Origin: an uncultured Acidobacteriota bacterium
Lineage (GTDB): Bacteria > Acidobacteriota > Vicinamibacteria > Vicinamibacterales > CAVVIG01
Reading direction: 5' to 3'
NCBI GenBank assembly: GCA_963792175.1
Contig: CAWBVG010000031.1
Span: 153,815 to 217,814, forward strand
Length of the DNA: 64,000 bases
Part shown: piece by piece, positions 51,662 through 62,179 of the stretch
Layout: each line of letters opens with the position of its first letter
How positions within the stretch are numbered: the stretch's first letter is position 1
Translations under genes and position numbers: made by a program
Notes under the pieces: model-generated
Seen by the model: the letters and a program-made list of their open reading frames with translations, nothing else
What the model was told of the DNA's origin: nothing
Database searches by the model: none

Positions 51662-52824
51662 GTGGCGAAACGGCCGCTCAACATCGCGCTGGTCGGCTAC
51701 GGCTTCATGGGCCGGACGCACAGCAACGCGTTCCGCCAGACGCCGCGTTTCTTCGACGTCCCGTACCAGCCGGTGCTGAAGGCGGTCGTGGCGCGCAACG
51801 CCGAACGCGTCAAGGCGTTCGCCGACACGTGGGGCTACGAATCGGCGGAAACCGATTGGCGCACGGTCGTCGAGCGCAAGGACATCGACCTCGTCGACAT
51901 CGCCAGCCCGAACGATACCCACGCAGAGATCGCCATCGCCGCCGCCCGCGCCGGAAAGATGGTGATGTGCGAGAAGCCGCTCGGCCGGACCGCCGCCGAA
52001 GCGCAGACGATGGTGTCCGCGGTCGAAGCGGCCGGCGTCGCCAACATGGTCTGGTACAACTACCGCCGCGTGCCGGCCGTGGTCCTGCTCAAGACGCTGA
52101 TCGACGAAGGCACAGCTGGGCCGCATCTTTCACTACCGCGCGCAGTTCCTGCAGGACTGGACGATTTCCGCCGACTTGCCGCAGGGCGGCGAAGGGCTGT
52201 GGCGCCTGGACATCGACGTCGCCGGGAGCGGCGTCACCGGCGACCTGCTCGCGCATTGCATCGACACCGCGCTCTGGCTGAACGGATCGATCGCCGAAGT
52301 GACCGCGATGACCGAAACCTTCATCAAGGAGCGGACGCACACGCTGACCGGGAAGAAGCAGCCGGTCGGCATCGACGACGCCAGCGCCTTCCTGGGCCGG
52401 TTCACCAACGGATCGCTCGCGCTGTTCGAGGCCACACGTTACGCGCGCGGTCACAAGGCGCTGTACACGCTGGAGATCAACGGCGAGCATGCCTCCGCGC
52501 GCTGGGATCTGCACGACCTGCACCGCTTGCAGTGGTTCGATCATCGCGATGAGGGTCCGTCTGCGTGGCTGGCGCAGCGTGCACATCACCGACGGCGATC
52601 ACCCGTACATGAAGCACTGGTGGGTGCCGGGTCTGCAAATCGGCTACGAGCACACGTTCATCCACCAGTTCGCCGACTTCCTCGAGGGCGTGGCGACAGG
52701 CAAGCCCGCGTCGCCGACATTCCGCGAGGGTCTCGCGACCGATTGCGTGACGGATGCGGTGCTGAAGTCGGCGAAGAATCGACGGTGGGAAACGGTGTCG
52801 AGTGCGGCCGTCAGCGCGACATGA
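51662..52824 (+). CDS. Gfo/Idh/MocA-family dehydrogenase, copy 1, 1-2 frameshifts
   Basis: [26 protein letters not shown], and a C-terminal [18 protein letters not shown]. Paralog of 58183..59338. Confidence 0.8.
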
Positions 52825-52956
52825 GGAGCGACGCTCGAGGGAGATTCTCGGTCGCGGCGATCCAGCCTTTTGGTAAAAAGCTGTCCTGTGTCGATCGTTT
52901 TTGACAATACTCTTGCGCCCGGACGTGGCACCGTTAGGCCCAAGTAAGAGAAGACC

Positions 52957-53694
52957 TTGGCCGAAACGAGCCTCGAAGCGGCGACGCGGTCGCTCGGCGC
53001 CCGGACCGATCCGGTCTTTGAGCTGTTCGACTATCTCAAAGACGTCTTGTTCTGGATCAAGGACAAGAAAGGGATCTTCCGATGGGTCAACACCACGTTG
53101 ATGCTGCACATCGGACGGTCCAGCCGCGATCAGATCATCGGCCGAACGGACTTCGACCTGTTCGAACCGTACCTTGCCAACCAGTATCAGATGGACGACG
53201 CGCAAGTCCTGCGCGGTCGCCCGATCACGTCACGTGTTGAGATGATCGTGTTCCATCACACGCCGCGGTGGATCGTCACGTCGAAGCTGCCCGTGCGCAA
53301 CGCCAGTGGCCGCATCGTGGGAACGGCGGGCGTGGCGACGATGGCGGTACAGGAGGGATCGAAAATCTGGTCTGAATCGCGGCTGGCTCCGGCGATGGCG
53401 TTCATCAAGGAGCACTATCACGAGCCGGTCAGCATTCGAGCGATGGCCCAGAGCTGCAGCCTCTCCCTTGGTTCGTTCCATCGCCAGTTCAGGGATATGT
53501 ATCTGTGCACGCCCCACACCTACGTTCGGCAGCTGCGCGTCAGGATGAGTTGTCACGCCCTGGTCTTTTCGCGACGTCCGATCGCCGCGGTGGCCTCCGA
53601 ATGCGGATTCTCGGATCAGAGCCATTTCACCAAAGAGTTCCGCCGCATCATGGGCGAAACCCCCCGCAGTTACCGCCGCCGACACAGCCACTAA
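52957..53694 (+). CDS. AraC-family transcriptional regulator with N-terminal PAS-like sensor
   Basis: C-terminal dual HTH (IRAMAQSCSLSLGSFHRQFRDMY...ECGFSDQSHFTKEFRRIMGETP). Confidence 0.85.
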   Translation: MAETSLEAATRSLGARTDPVFELFDYLKDVLFWIKDKKGIFRWVNTTLMLHIGRSSRDQIIGRTDFDLFEPYLANQYQMDDAQVLRGRPITSRVEMIVFHHTPRWIVTSKLPVRNASGRIVGTAGVATMAVQEGSKIWSESRLAPAMAFIKEHYHEPVSIRAMAQSCSLSLGSFHRQFRDMYLCTPHTYVRQLRVRMSCHALVFSRRPIAAVASECGFSDQSHFTKEFRRIMGETPRSYRRRHSH

Positions 53695-53859
53695 AACGGC
53701 TAACTGGATCCTGATCGTTTCTACCAGTCTCTGACACGTTTCTCCTAGATCGGAATCCCAGCGAGGTCGAGGATACGCCCGAAGCAGAGGGAGGGATCCC
53801 GTGACATGCGTGAATCGCGGTTGGCTGATTGTGTGAAGATACGTCCCAAGGGGATTCTC

Positions 53860-55446
53860 ATGCAGCGACTCCTTCTATCCGTCGTCGGCGCGATCGGTGT
53901 GGCAGCCGCCTGGGGCGCCGGGCCGCACGCGCAGACTGCCGCCCGAGCGAATTGGCTGACCGACGGTGCCGACCCGCAACGGACGTCGTGGCAGCGCCAC
54001 GAGACGCTGATCAGTCCAGCGTCGGTCAAGAACATGACGTTGTTGTGGAAGGTGAAGCTGGACAACCAGCCGCGCGAGATGCACAACCTGTTTGCGCCGC
54101 TGATCCTCGGCGACCTGCAGCTTGCCAGCGGAACACGCGAAATCGCCGTGGTCGCCGGCATCTCCGACAACATCTACGGCATCGACGTCGAGCAGGGCAC
54201 GCAAATCTGGAAGCGTCATTTCGACAGCACCTTCGATGACACCGGGCGGAGCGGCGGCCCGCTCTGTCCTGGCGGGCAGACGGCGACGCCGATCGCGGTG
54301 CCGACGGACACTCCCGGCAAGTATGTCGTGTACGCGATTTCGTGGGATGGGCGACTGCGCACGGTGGATCCGGCCACCGGTCGGGAGATCGCGCGCGCCG
54401 AGCCGTTTCTGCCACCCAATGGCAAGCCCTACTCGTTGAACCTGTTCAACAACGTTCTGTACACGACCACGGCGCAAGGGTGCGGCGGCACGCCAAACCA
54501 GTTCTACGCGTACGACCTCGCCACGAAGAAAGTCGGCAGCTTCAACCCGGGCAGCGGCGGGATGTGGCCGCGCCTCGGGCCCTCGATTGGCAAGGACGGC
54601 AGCGTGTATGCCGGCAGCGGCGACGGCGATTACTTTCCTGAGCGGCAGATCTACGGGCAGTCCATTGTCGCCGTGAAACAGAACCCGGAAACCAAAGCGC
54701 TGGAGATGACGGACTGGTATACGCCATCCAATGCGTACTGGCTGCGCAAGCGCGACCTCGACATCAATGCCACGGGCCCCGTGTTCGAGTACAAGGGGAA
54801 GGAATACACCGTTCAGACCAGCAAGGAGTGCCGAGTCTGGCTGCTCGAAACCAGCGGCCTGGGCGGAGAGGACCACAGGACGCCGGATACCGGACGCCGC
54901 TCATCTGCAACGAGGAAGTGCAATTCGCCGGCGCCGGCGTCTGGGGCGCGCTCGCCACGTGGGAGGAAGCCAACGGCACGCGGTGGATCCTGGTCCCGTT
55001 CTGGGGGCCGAAGCACTCGCAGTTCACGGCCCCGATCGAGCATGGACGCGGTGGTGCAGGGAGCGGTCGCCGCGTTCAAGATGGAAGAGACGAACGGGAA
55101 GCCGCAACTCACAGCGGCCTGGGTGTCGCGCAACATGTGGCAGGCCGATCCGGTCGTGATCGCCAACGGGGTCGTCTTCGCGTACGGTAACGGCGAGGAC
55201 GCGACGCAGGCGACGTTCGACGGCGGGTTGGGGTACAACACGTCGGCGAATCGCATCGCGAATTCCGGGCACGCCACGCTGTACGCGCTCGACGCGCGAA
55301 CCGGCGCCGAACTGTGGTCGAGCGGCGACCAGATCACGTCGTTCAGCCACTTCAGCAGTCTGGCGGTCGCGAATGGCCGGGTCTATCTGGGGACGTACGA
55401 CGGCACGCTGTATTGCTTTGGCGTCAAGCCGACGGCGACGAAGTAG
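53860..55446 (+). CDS. secreted PQQ-repeat beta-propeller protein, 2 frameshifts
   Basis: Signal peptide [20 protein letters not shown]. Repeated (V/L)Y-x-G-S/T-x-DG-x-L-Y-A blade motifs ([11 protein letters not shown]; [15 protein letters not shown]). Confidence 0.65.
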   Translation: MQRLLLSVVGAIGVAAAWGAGPHAQTAARANWLTDGADPQRTSWQRHETLISPASVKNMTLLWKVKLDNQPREMHNLFAPLILGDLQLASGTREIAVVAGISDNIYGIDVEQGTQIWKRHFDSTFDDTGRSGGPLCPGGQTATPIAVPTDTPGKYVVYAISWDGRLRTVDPATGREIARAEPFLPPNGKPYSLNLFNNVLYTTTAQGCGGTPNQFYAYDLATKKVGSFNPGSGGMWPRLGPSIGKDGSVYAGSGDGDYFPERQIYGQSIVAVKQNPETKALEMTDWYTPSNAYWLRKRDLDINATGPVFEYKGKEYTVQTSKECRVWLLETSGLGGEDHRTPDTGRRSSATRKCNSPAPASGARSPRGRKPTARGGSWSRSGGRSTRSSRPRSSMDAVVQGAVAAFKMEETNGKPQLTAAWVSRNMWQADPVVIANGVVFAYGNGEDATQATFDGGLGYNTSANRIANSGHATLYALDARTGAELWSSGDQITSFSHFSSLAVANGRVYLGTYDGTLYCFGVKPTATK

Positions 55447-55448
55447 CC

Positions 55449-57122
55449 ATGCGCAGACAACGCTTCCAGCGACTCATCCGTGCCGGACTGCTGGTTTCGG
55501 CGTCCGTCGCCGTTCTGCACGCGCAGGGCCGCGGCGGTAACGAGTGGACGACGAGTGGCTTCGACGCGCAGCGCAGCAGCTGGCTGCGCGGCGACGCGCG
55601 CCTCACGAAGGACGCCGTGCAGAAGGGCGAGTTCGCGTACCTGTGGTCGATGAAGCTCGAGAACGCCAACCGTCAGCTCAATTCGTTGACACCGCCAGTG
55701 CTCCTCGATCGTCTGATCGGGTATCGCGGCTTCAAGAGCCTCGCCTTCTTCGGCGGCAGCGACGATCGTGTCTTCGCCGTCGATACCGATCTCGCGAGGC
55801 CGACCTGGACGACCGTCCTCAATTACTCGGCGCCGACCGGCGGCCGGCCATCGAGCTCGATGGCATGTCCTGGAGGCCTGACCGCGATGCCAAGCCGCCG
55901 CACCGCGCTCGCGATCGCCGCGCCGATCGTGGGCGGCGGCGGACGCGGCGGCGTTCGCAACGGCAGCGCGGTTGGCGAACCCGGCAGAGGCGCAGCGGCG
56001 CTGGGCCAGCCGCCGGCCCAACGCGGCGCCCCTCCTGCGGCGCCAGGCCGTGGACGCGGTCCCGCGCCGATTGGCTTCGGCCGCGTCGACCCGCTGTTTG
56101 TCGTGGGCAGCGACGGCTTCATCCACAGCCTGTACGTCAGCAATGGCGCGGAGATGGAGCCGCCGGTGCCGTTCCTGCCGCCCGATGCCAAGCCATCGGC
56201 GCTGATCTGGATCGACGGCATCGTCTACACCAGCACCTCCGGCGAGTGCGGCGCGGCGCCGAACGCGATATGGGCGATGGATCTCAACGTGCCGGTCAAG
56301 GAACGGAAAGCCCTGTCGTGGAAGACGGGGTCCGCGAATATCGCGGGGACCTCCGGTCTGGCGTTCGGCTCTGAGGGTGCGATCTATGTCGCGCTGGCAA
56401 CCGGGGCGACGGCCGCGCCCGCGCCCGACTCGATTGTTGCCCTCAATCCCGAAACGCTGAAGCCGACGGACTGGTTCACAGCCCCAGGCGCCGACTTCAA
56501 CGCGACGCCGACCGTCATTCGCCACAAGAACCGGGATCTCATCGCGGCCACGGCGAACGACGGGCGCCTCTATCTGCTCGACGCGGCGTCCCTTGGCGGC
56601 GCCGATCACAAAACGCCGCTGGCCGTGACGGCAAAGTTCACCGACGCCGGCGCCGGAACCGCACTGGCGACGTTCGAAGACGCAAGCGGCCGCTGGATCG
56701 TCGCGACCGCCTCGGGCACGACCGGCGAGGTGAAGTTCACCCAGAACGGCAGCGCGCCGAACGGACGGATCGTCGCGTTCAAACTGCGCGACGAGGGCGA
56801 GAAGCTGTCGCTCGAGCCCGCCTGGCAGTCGCAGGATTTCACGTCGCCGCTCGCGCCGATTGTGGTGGACGGCATGGTGTTCGCGGTCTCGAGCGGCGAA
56901 TACCGCGGCGGACCGGCGTCGCTGCCGGCTGCGCAGCGCGCCCAGAGGTCCGTGCCGGCCGTCCTGTACGTGCTCGACGCCGCGACGGGCAGGAGCATGT
57001 GGAACAGCGGTACGAAGATCACGTCGTTCGCGCGCGGCGGGTTGTCCGCCGGCGGCGGGCAGGTTTACCTCGTCACCTACGACAATCAGCTGTACGCGTT
57101 CGGGATCCCGTTAGAGCACTGA
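55449..57122 (+). CDS. secreted PQQ-repeat beta-propeller protein (paralog of 53860..55446)
   Basis: Signal peptide. Blade motifs GRLYLLDAASLG and QVYLVTYDNQLYAFG. Shares an N-terminal motif with its neighbour (WTTSGFDAQRSSW vs [13 protein letters not shown]). Confidence 0.65.
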   Translation: MRRQRFQRLIRAGLLVSASVAVLHAQGRGGNEWTTSGFDAQRSSWLRGDARLTKDAVQKGEFAYLWSMKLENANRQLNSLTPPVLLDRLIGYRGFKSLAFFGGSDDRVFAVDTDLARPTWTTVLNYSAPTGGRPSSSMACPGGLTAMPSRRTALAIAAPIVGGGGRGGVRNGSAVGEPGRGAAALGQPPAQRGAPPAAPGRGRGPAPIGFGRVDPLFVVGSDGFIHSLYVSNGAEMEPPVPFLPPDAKPSALIWIDGIVYTSTSGECGAAPNAIWAMDLNVPVKERKALSWKTGSANIAGTSGLAFGSEGAIYVALATGATAAPAPDSIVALNPETLKPTDWFTAPGADFNATPTVIRHKNRDLIAATANDGRLYLLDAASLGGADHKTPLAVTAKFTDAGAGTALATFEDASGRWIVATASGTTGEVKFTQNGSAPNGRIVAFKLRDEGEKLSLEPAWQSQDFTSPLAPIVVDGMVFAVSSGEYRGGPASLPAAQRAQRSVPAVLYVLDAATGRSMWNSGTKITSFARGGLSAGGGQVYLVTYDNQLYAFGIPLEH

Positions 57123-57129
57123 GGCATCC

Positions 57130-58179
57130 ATGGCTTCGCATCCGAAGTTCCCCGCACTGCACAACGCGATGTGGCCCGGCCTGGTCGGCAAAGGCGGGCC
57201 GGGCGCGGAGCCGACGATCGATCTCGACACGATGTTGAACCTGACGGCTGCGGCCCGCGCGAACGGCGCCCGGTTCGACGGTGTCGATTTATTTCTCTTC
57301 GACCCGCATGTCAGCATCGATTCAACCGACGACGACCTGAAACGGCTCGCCGACAAGATCGGCGCAAAAGGGCTGGTCGTCGGCTCGCTCGTCGCGCCGG
57401 TCTGGCCGCCGACTGGCGGCGGATCGGCCATGGGCGGCAACGGAGACCGCGGCGCATTTCTCACGCCAGGTGCGTAAGGCGTGCGCGATCGGGAAGAGAC
57501 TGAGGGATCTCGGCATCCGCCGTTACGGCATCGTCCGGATCGATTCGGCCGCCGGCCCGTCGGACTGGGCGGCCGATCCGGCCGGCAACACGAAGAAGAT
57601 TGCCGACACGTTTCGGCAGGCGGCGGATATCGCCCAGGACTACGGCGAGCGGCTGGCGGCCGAAGGAGAAATCTGTTGGGGCGGCATGCACAGCGTGAAG
57701 CGCAACGTCGAGCTGCTTCAAGCCGTCGATCGCCCCGGCGTCGTCGGGTTCCAGGCGGACATGGCGCATACGCTGCTCTTCACGATGGGCTACAACGCGC
57801 CGGACGATCGATCCTCCCGGAGAACTTTGACTGGTCGGATCACGCAGCCCTCGACGAGGGGCTGAAGCAGATGACGCGCGCGCTGCGGCCGTGGACCATC
57901 GACTTCCACGTCGCGCAAAACGACGGGACCGTGAAGGGATCTGGCTCGCACGACAAGACCGGGCGGCACTGCCTTCCGCACGATCCGAACGGCAAGCTCG
58001 ACATCGTGCGACACGCGGGGTTCTGGCTGCGCGATGACGACGGCCGTGTCGAGCGCAAGTTCGAGCACATCTGCTGGGACGGCTGCATGTTTCCGAACGC
58101 GGTGATGACCCAGCAGCAGACCTGGAACGACGTCCTGGGAGTCATGACGGCCGTCCGCGACGCTCACGGTTGGGACTGA
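57130..58179 (+). CDS. xylose-isomerase-like TIM-barrel (sugar phosphate isomerase/epimerase family) protein, copy 2, 2 frameshifts
   Basis: [22 protein letters not shown]...; [11 protein letters not shown]; [11 protein letters not shown]; [11 protein letters not shown]. Confidence 0.75.
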
Positions 58180-58182
58180 TCG

Positions 58183-59338
58183 ATGAAGAAGAGTCTCAAC
58201 ATCGGCCTCGTCGGCTACGGCTTCATGGGACGGACGCACTCGAACGCGTTCCGGCAGGCGCCGATCTTTTTCGATCTGCCGTGGAAGCCGGTGCTCAAGG
58301 CGGTCGCGGCGCGGAACGCGGACCGCGTCAAGTCGTTCGCCGACAATTGGGGTTACGAGTCGTATCACACCGACTGGCGCGATCTGGTGGCGCGCCCGGA
58401 CATCGATCTGATCGACATCGCCAGCCCCAACGATACCCATCACGCGATCGCCATCGCTGCCGCGAAGGCCGGCAAGATGGTGATGTGCGAGAAGCCGCTC
58501 GGGCGGAACGCGAAGGAAGCCGAGGAGATGGTGGCCGCAGTCGAGGCGGCCGGCGTGCCGAACAGCGTCTGGTACAACTACCGCTTCGTCCCGGCGGTCG
58601 CGATGATCTCGCAGCTGGTCGGCGAGAAGAAGTTCGGGCGCATCTTTCACTACCGCGCGAAGTTCCTGCAGGACTGGACGATCTCGCGCGACGTGCCGCA
58701 AGGCGGCGAAGGCCTGTGGCGTCTCGACGTGTCGGTGGCGGGCAGCGGCGTCACCGGCGACCTGCTGGCGCACAATATCGATACCGCGTTGTGGCTGAAC
58801 GGTCCGATCGTCGGAAGTGAGTGCGATGACCGAGACGTTCATCAAGGAGCGCAAGCACAATCTCACCGGCACGACGCAGCCCGTCGGGATCGACGACGCG
58901 AGTGCGTTTCTCGCGCGGTTCGAGAACGGTTCGCTCGCAACGTTCGAAGCGACGCGCTATGCGCGCGGGCACAAGGCGCTCTATACGCTGGAGATCAACG
59001 GCGAGCATGCGTCCGCCTCCTGGGACCTTCACGATCTGCATCGCATCCAGTACTTCGATCACCACGATGAAGGGCGCGTGCGCGGCTGGCGCAACATCCA
59101 CGTGACCGACGGCGACCAGCCGTACATGAAGCACTGGTGGGTGCCGGGCCTGCAGATCGGCTACGAGCACACGTTCACGCATCAGTTCACGGAATTCGTG
59201 CAGGCCGCGGCCAAGCGGCAAATGCCTGCCGCCGACCTTCCGCGACGGCCTCGCAACGGATCGCGTCACCGATGCCGTGCTGGCGTCGGCGAAGACCGTC
59301 GTGGGAAGCGGTGTCGAGGCTGCGGCCAGCGCGACATG
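58183..59338 (+). CDS. Gfo/Idh/MocA-family dehydrogenase, copy 2, 1-2 frameshifts
   Basis: [44 protein letters not shown]. Confidence 0.8.
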
Positions 59339-59428
59339 AGGTAGCAGTGATGACGAACCGCGAAACGTTGACCGCCACGAGACGCGAAGACACGAAGAAT
59401 ATCCAATGTCCTTCGTGCTCGTGCCTTC

Positions 59429-60220
59429 GTGGCAATCGCGGCCCTGCTCGCGATCGTCCTGGCGTCCGTTACGCTCGCGGCGCAGGCGGTTCCGCCTCAA
59501 GGCCGTGGCGCGAGGGCGGCGGTGGCCGCGGCGGTCCAGCAGCTGCTCCCGTTCGAGGATCACGCGGGGTTCGTGTCGATCTTCGATGGATCCACGTTGA
59601 AAGGCTGGGACGGCGATACGAAGTTCTGGCGCGCGGACGGCGGCGCGATCGTTGGCCAGACGACGGCCGACAACCCGCTGAAGGAAAACAGCTTCATCAT
59701 CTGGCGCGGCGGCGAGCCGGCTGATTTCGAGTTGAAGGTCGAGTACCGGATCGATGCCACCAACAGCGGCATCCAGATCCGGAGCGTGCGTCTGCCGCCG
59801 GGTACGCAGCAGGGGCGCGGCGCCGTCGCCGGCAACTGGGTCCTGAAAGGCTACCAGTGCGACATCGACGCCGAGAACCGATTCACCGGACAGATCTACG
59901 AGGAGCGCGGCCGCGGCTTTCTCGCCATGCGCGGCCAGTTCTCCTACATCCCTGAGGGCGGAGGCCCGAAGGTCGTCGGCGCGCTCCAGCGCAGCGGCGA
60001 CGAGCTGTTGAAAGTCATCAAGGTGAATGACTGGAACCAGGCGCACGTCATCGCCCGCGGCAACATGATTACCGAAATCCTGAACGGCCACGTCACCAGC
60101 ACCCTCGTCGACGACGACACGAAGGCCCGTGCGTTGAAGGGACTCCTCGGGTTCCAGATCCATGTCGGAGAGCCGATGAAGGTCGAATTCAAAAACATCT
60201 GGCTGAAGCAGGTCCTGACC
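59429..60220 (+). CDS. DUF1080 (3-keto-disaccharide hydrolase-like, LamG/GH16-like jellyroll) protein, secreted
   Basis: Signal peptide; FDGSTLKGW...W....G..VGQ...NSFIIW; [22 protein letters not shown] (typical C-terminus). Confidence 0.7.
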
Positions 60221-60701
60221 ATGTTCTCTCGTTCGCTGGTCGTTGTGAGCGTCGTTGGACTGTTGTCGGCAACTGCGCTGGTTGCCCTGGCGCAGGTCCA
60301 GTTGCCCGATGCGCCTGGGAAGGACGAGACCGTCCGCATGTGCGGCACGTGTCATGAGGTGGAGCGCGCCACGTCCGTCCGGTTGAGCCGCGAAGGCTGG
60401 CAGGACACCATCGCGAAGATGGTGGATTTGGGCGCCAAGGCATCGGACGAGGAGCGTGCGAAGGTGCTTGAACTACCTGGCCGAGCACTTCAAGGGGGAA
60501 GCGCCGCGGCCATTGAACCTGAACACGGCGACTGCGATCGAGCTCGAGAGCATCGTTGGACTTCTCCGAAAGGAGTCGGCGGCGTGGATCGCACACCGGA
60601 AGACGTCCGGTCCGTGCAAGTCGCTGGATGATGTGAAGAAGGCCCCGGGTGTGCCCTTCAAGAAGATCGACGAACATCGCGATCGACTCGTGTGTTTCTG
60701 A
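60221..60701 (+). CDS. small secreted c-type cytochrome-domain protein with C-terminal helix-hairpin-helix-like segment, one frameshift
   Basis: [24 protein letters not shown] signal peptide; CGTCHE haem-binding motif; [13 protein letters not shown] (ComEA-like HhH). In frame with the DUF1080 ORF, with no intervening stop. Confidence 0.5.
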
Positions 60702-62179
60702 GTGACGCAGTGACCGCACATTTCCTCGCGTTCGATCTTGGCGCCGAAAGCGGCCGCGCGATGGTCGGCTCGCTCGATGGTGGCGTCCTCGCCCTCCGCG
60801 AGGTCCACCGCTTCGCCAACGACCCGATTCGTCACGACGGCTCGTTGCGGTGGGACATCGTGCGCCTGTGGGAGGAGATTCGACGCGGACTCGACCTCGC
60901 CAGTGAGAATCGCCTGCAGAGCGTCGGCGTTGACTGCTGGGGCGTCGACTACGCGCTTCTCGACGCGGCGGGTGAATTGCTCGAACCGCCGTACCACTAT
61001 CGCGACAGCCGAACCGAAGGCGTCATGGAATCCGTGTTCGAGCGTGTCACACGCGAGCGGATCTATGCGGCAACGGGCATCCAGTTCCTGTCGATTAACA
61101 CGATCTATCAGCTGGCCGCCGCCTGCCGCCGCACACCTGAGGTCGTCGAAGCGGCGCGATCGCTCGCGACGATTCCGGACGTCCTGAACTATTGGCTGTC
61201 GGGGACGCTGGTGTCCGAGTACACGATCGCGACGACGACGCAGATGGTCGACGCGCGAACGCGGACGTGGGCGATCGACTTGTTGAATGAGATTGGGTTG
61301 CCCGGTCGGTTGCTGCAGCCGATTGTCGAAGCCGGCAGCATCACCGGCGCCCTGCAGCGATCGGCGTCGACGACAGGCGCGGGCACACCGATCGTCGCGC
61401 CGGCGTGCCACGACACCGGGTCGGCAGTGGCATCGGTGAACGCGTCGGCGCCAGTCGCCTTTCTGAGCTCTGGCACCTGGTCGTTGCTCGGCACCGAAGT
61501 TCGCGAACCGGTGATCAACTCGAGAGCGCTGGCGCTCAATTTCACGAACGAAGGCGGCGTCTGCGGGACGACGCGTCTCCTGAAGAACATCGCGGGACTC
61601 TGGCTGCTGCAGTCGTGCCGCCGCCTGTGGCAGTCAAGCGGTCAGGACCTTTCGTACGAGACGCTGATTGCCGCGGCGGCAGAGGACCGGCGCGGGTTTC
61701 AATCGCTCGTCGATCCAGACGATCCCCGGTTCGTGAATCCCAGGGATATGCCGGCTGCCATCAGCGAGTACTGTCGCCAGACTGGGCAGACCCAGCCGGA
61801 TACTCCGGCGTCGTTCACGCGCGCCATCCTGGAGAGTCTCGCGTTCAAGTACCGGGCGGTCCTCGAATCGCTCGAGGAGTTGACCGGTCGTCGATTCGAG
61901 GAGATTCGGATCATCGGCGGCGGCGCCCGGAACCGATTGCTGTCGCAATGGACCGCGGACGCGACCGGCCGGACCGTGACCGCAGGTCCAGTGGAAGCGA
62001 CTGCGCTCGGTAACGTCGCCGTTCAGATGATTGCGACGGGCGCGGTTGGATCACTCGCCGACGCGCGTGCGGTGATCGATCGGTCGTTCCCCGTCGAACG
62101 GTTCGAACCACTCGACGCCGACCGCTGGGACGCCGAATACCAGCGCTTTCAACACTACGTGGAGTTCACCTGTGCCTGA
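60692..62179 (+). CDS. rhaB: FGGY-family carbohydrate kinase, rhamnulokinase-like
   Basis: AFDLGAESGR N-terminus, CWGVDYALLD and GGGARN motifs. Confidence 0.75.
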   Translation: MFLSDAVTAHFLAFDLGAESGRAMVGSLDGGVLALREVHRFANDPIRHDGSLRWDIVRLWEEIRRGLDLASENRLQSVGVDCWGVDYALLDAAGELLEPPYHYRDSRTEGVMESVFERVTRERIYAATGIQFLSINTIYQLAAACRRTPEVVEAARSLATIPDVLNYWLSGTLVSEYTIATTTQMVDARTRTWAIDLLNEIGLPGRLLQPIVEAGSITGALQRSASTTGAGTPIVAPACHDTGSAVASVNASAPVAFLSSGTWSLLGTEVREPVINSRALALNFTNEGGVCGTTRLLKNIAGLWLLQSCRRLWQSSGQDLSYETLIAAAAEDRRGFQSLVDPDDPRFVNPRDMPAAISEYCRQTGQTQPDTPASFTRAILESLAFKYRAVLESLEELTGRRFEEIRIIGGGARNRLLSQWTADATGRTVTAGPVEATALGNVAVQMIATGAVGSLADARAVIDRSFPVERFEPLDADRWDAEYQRFQHYVEFTCA

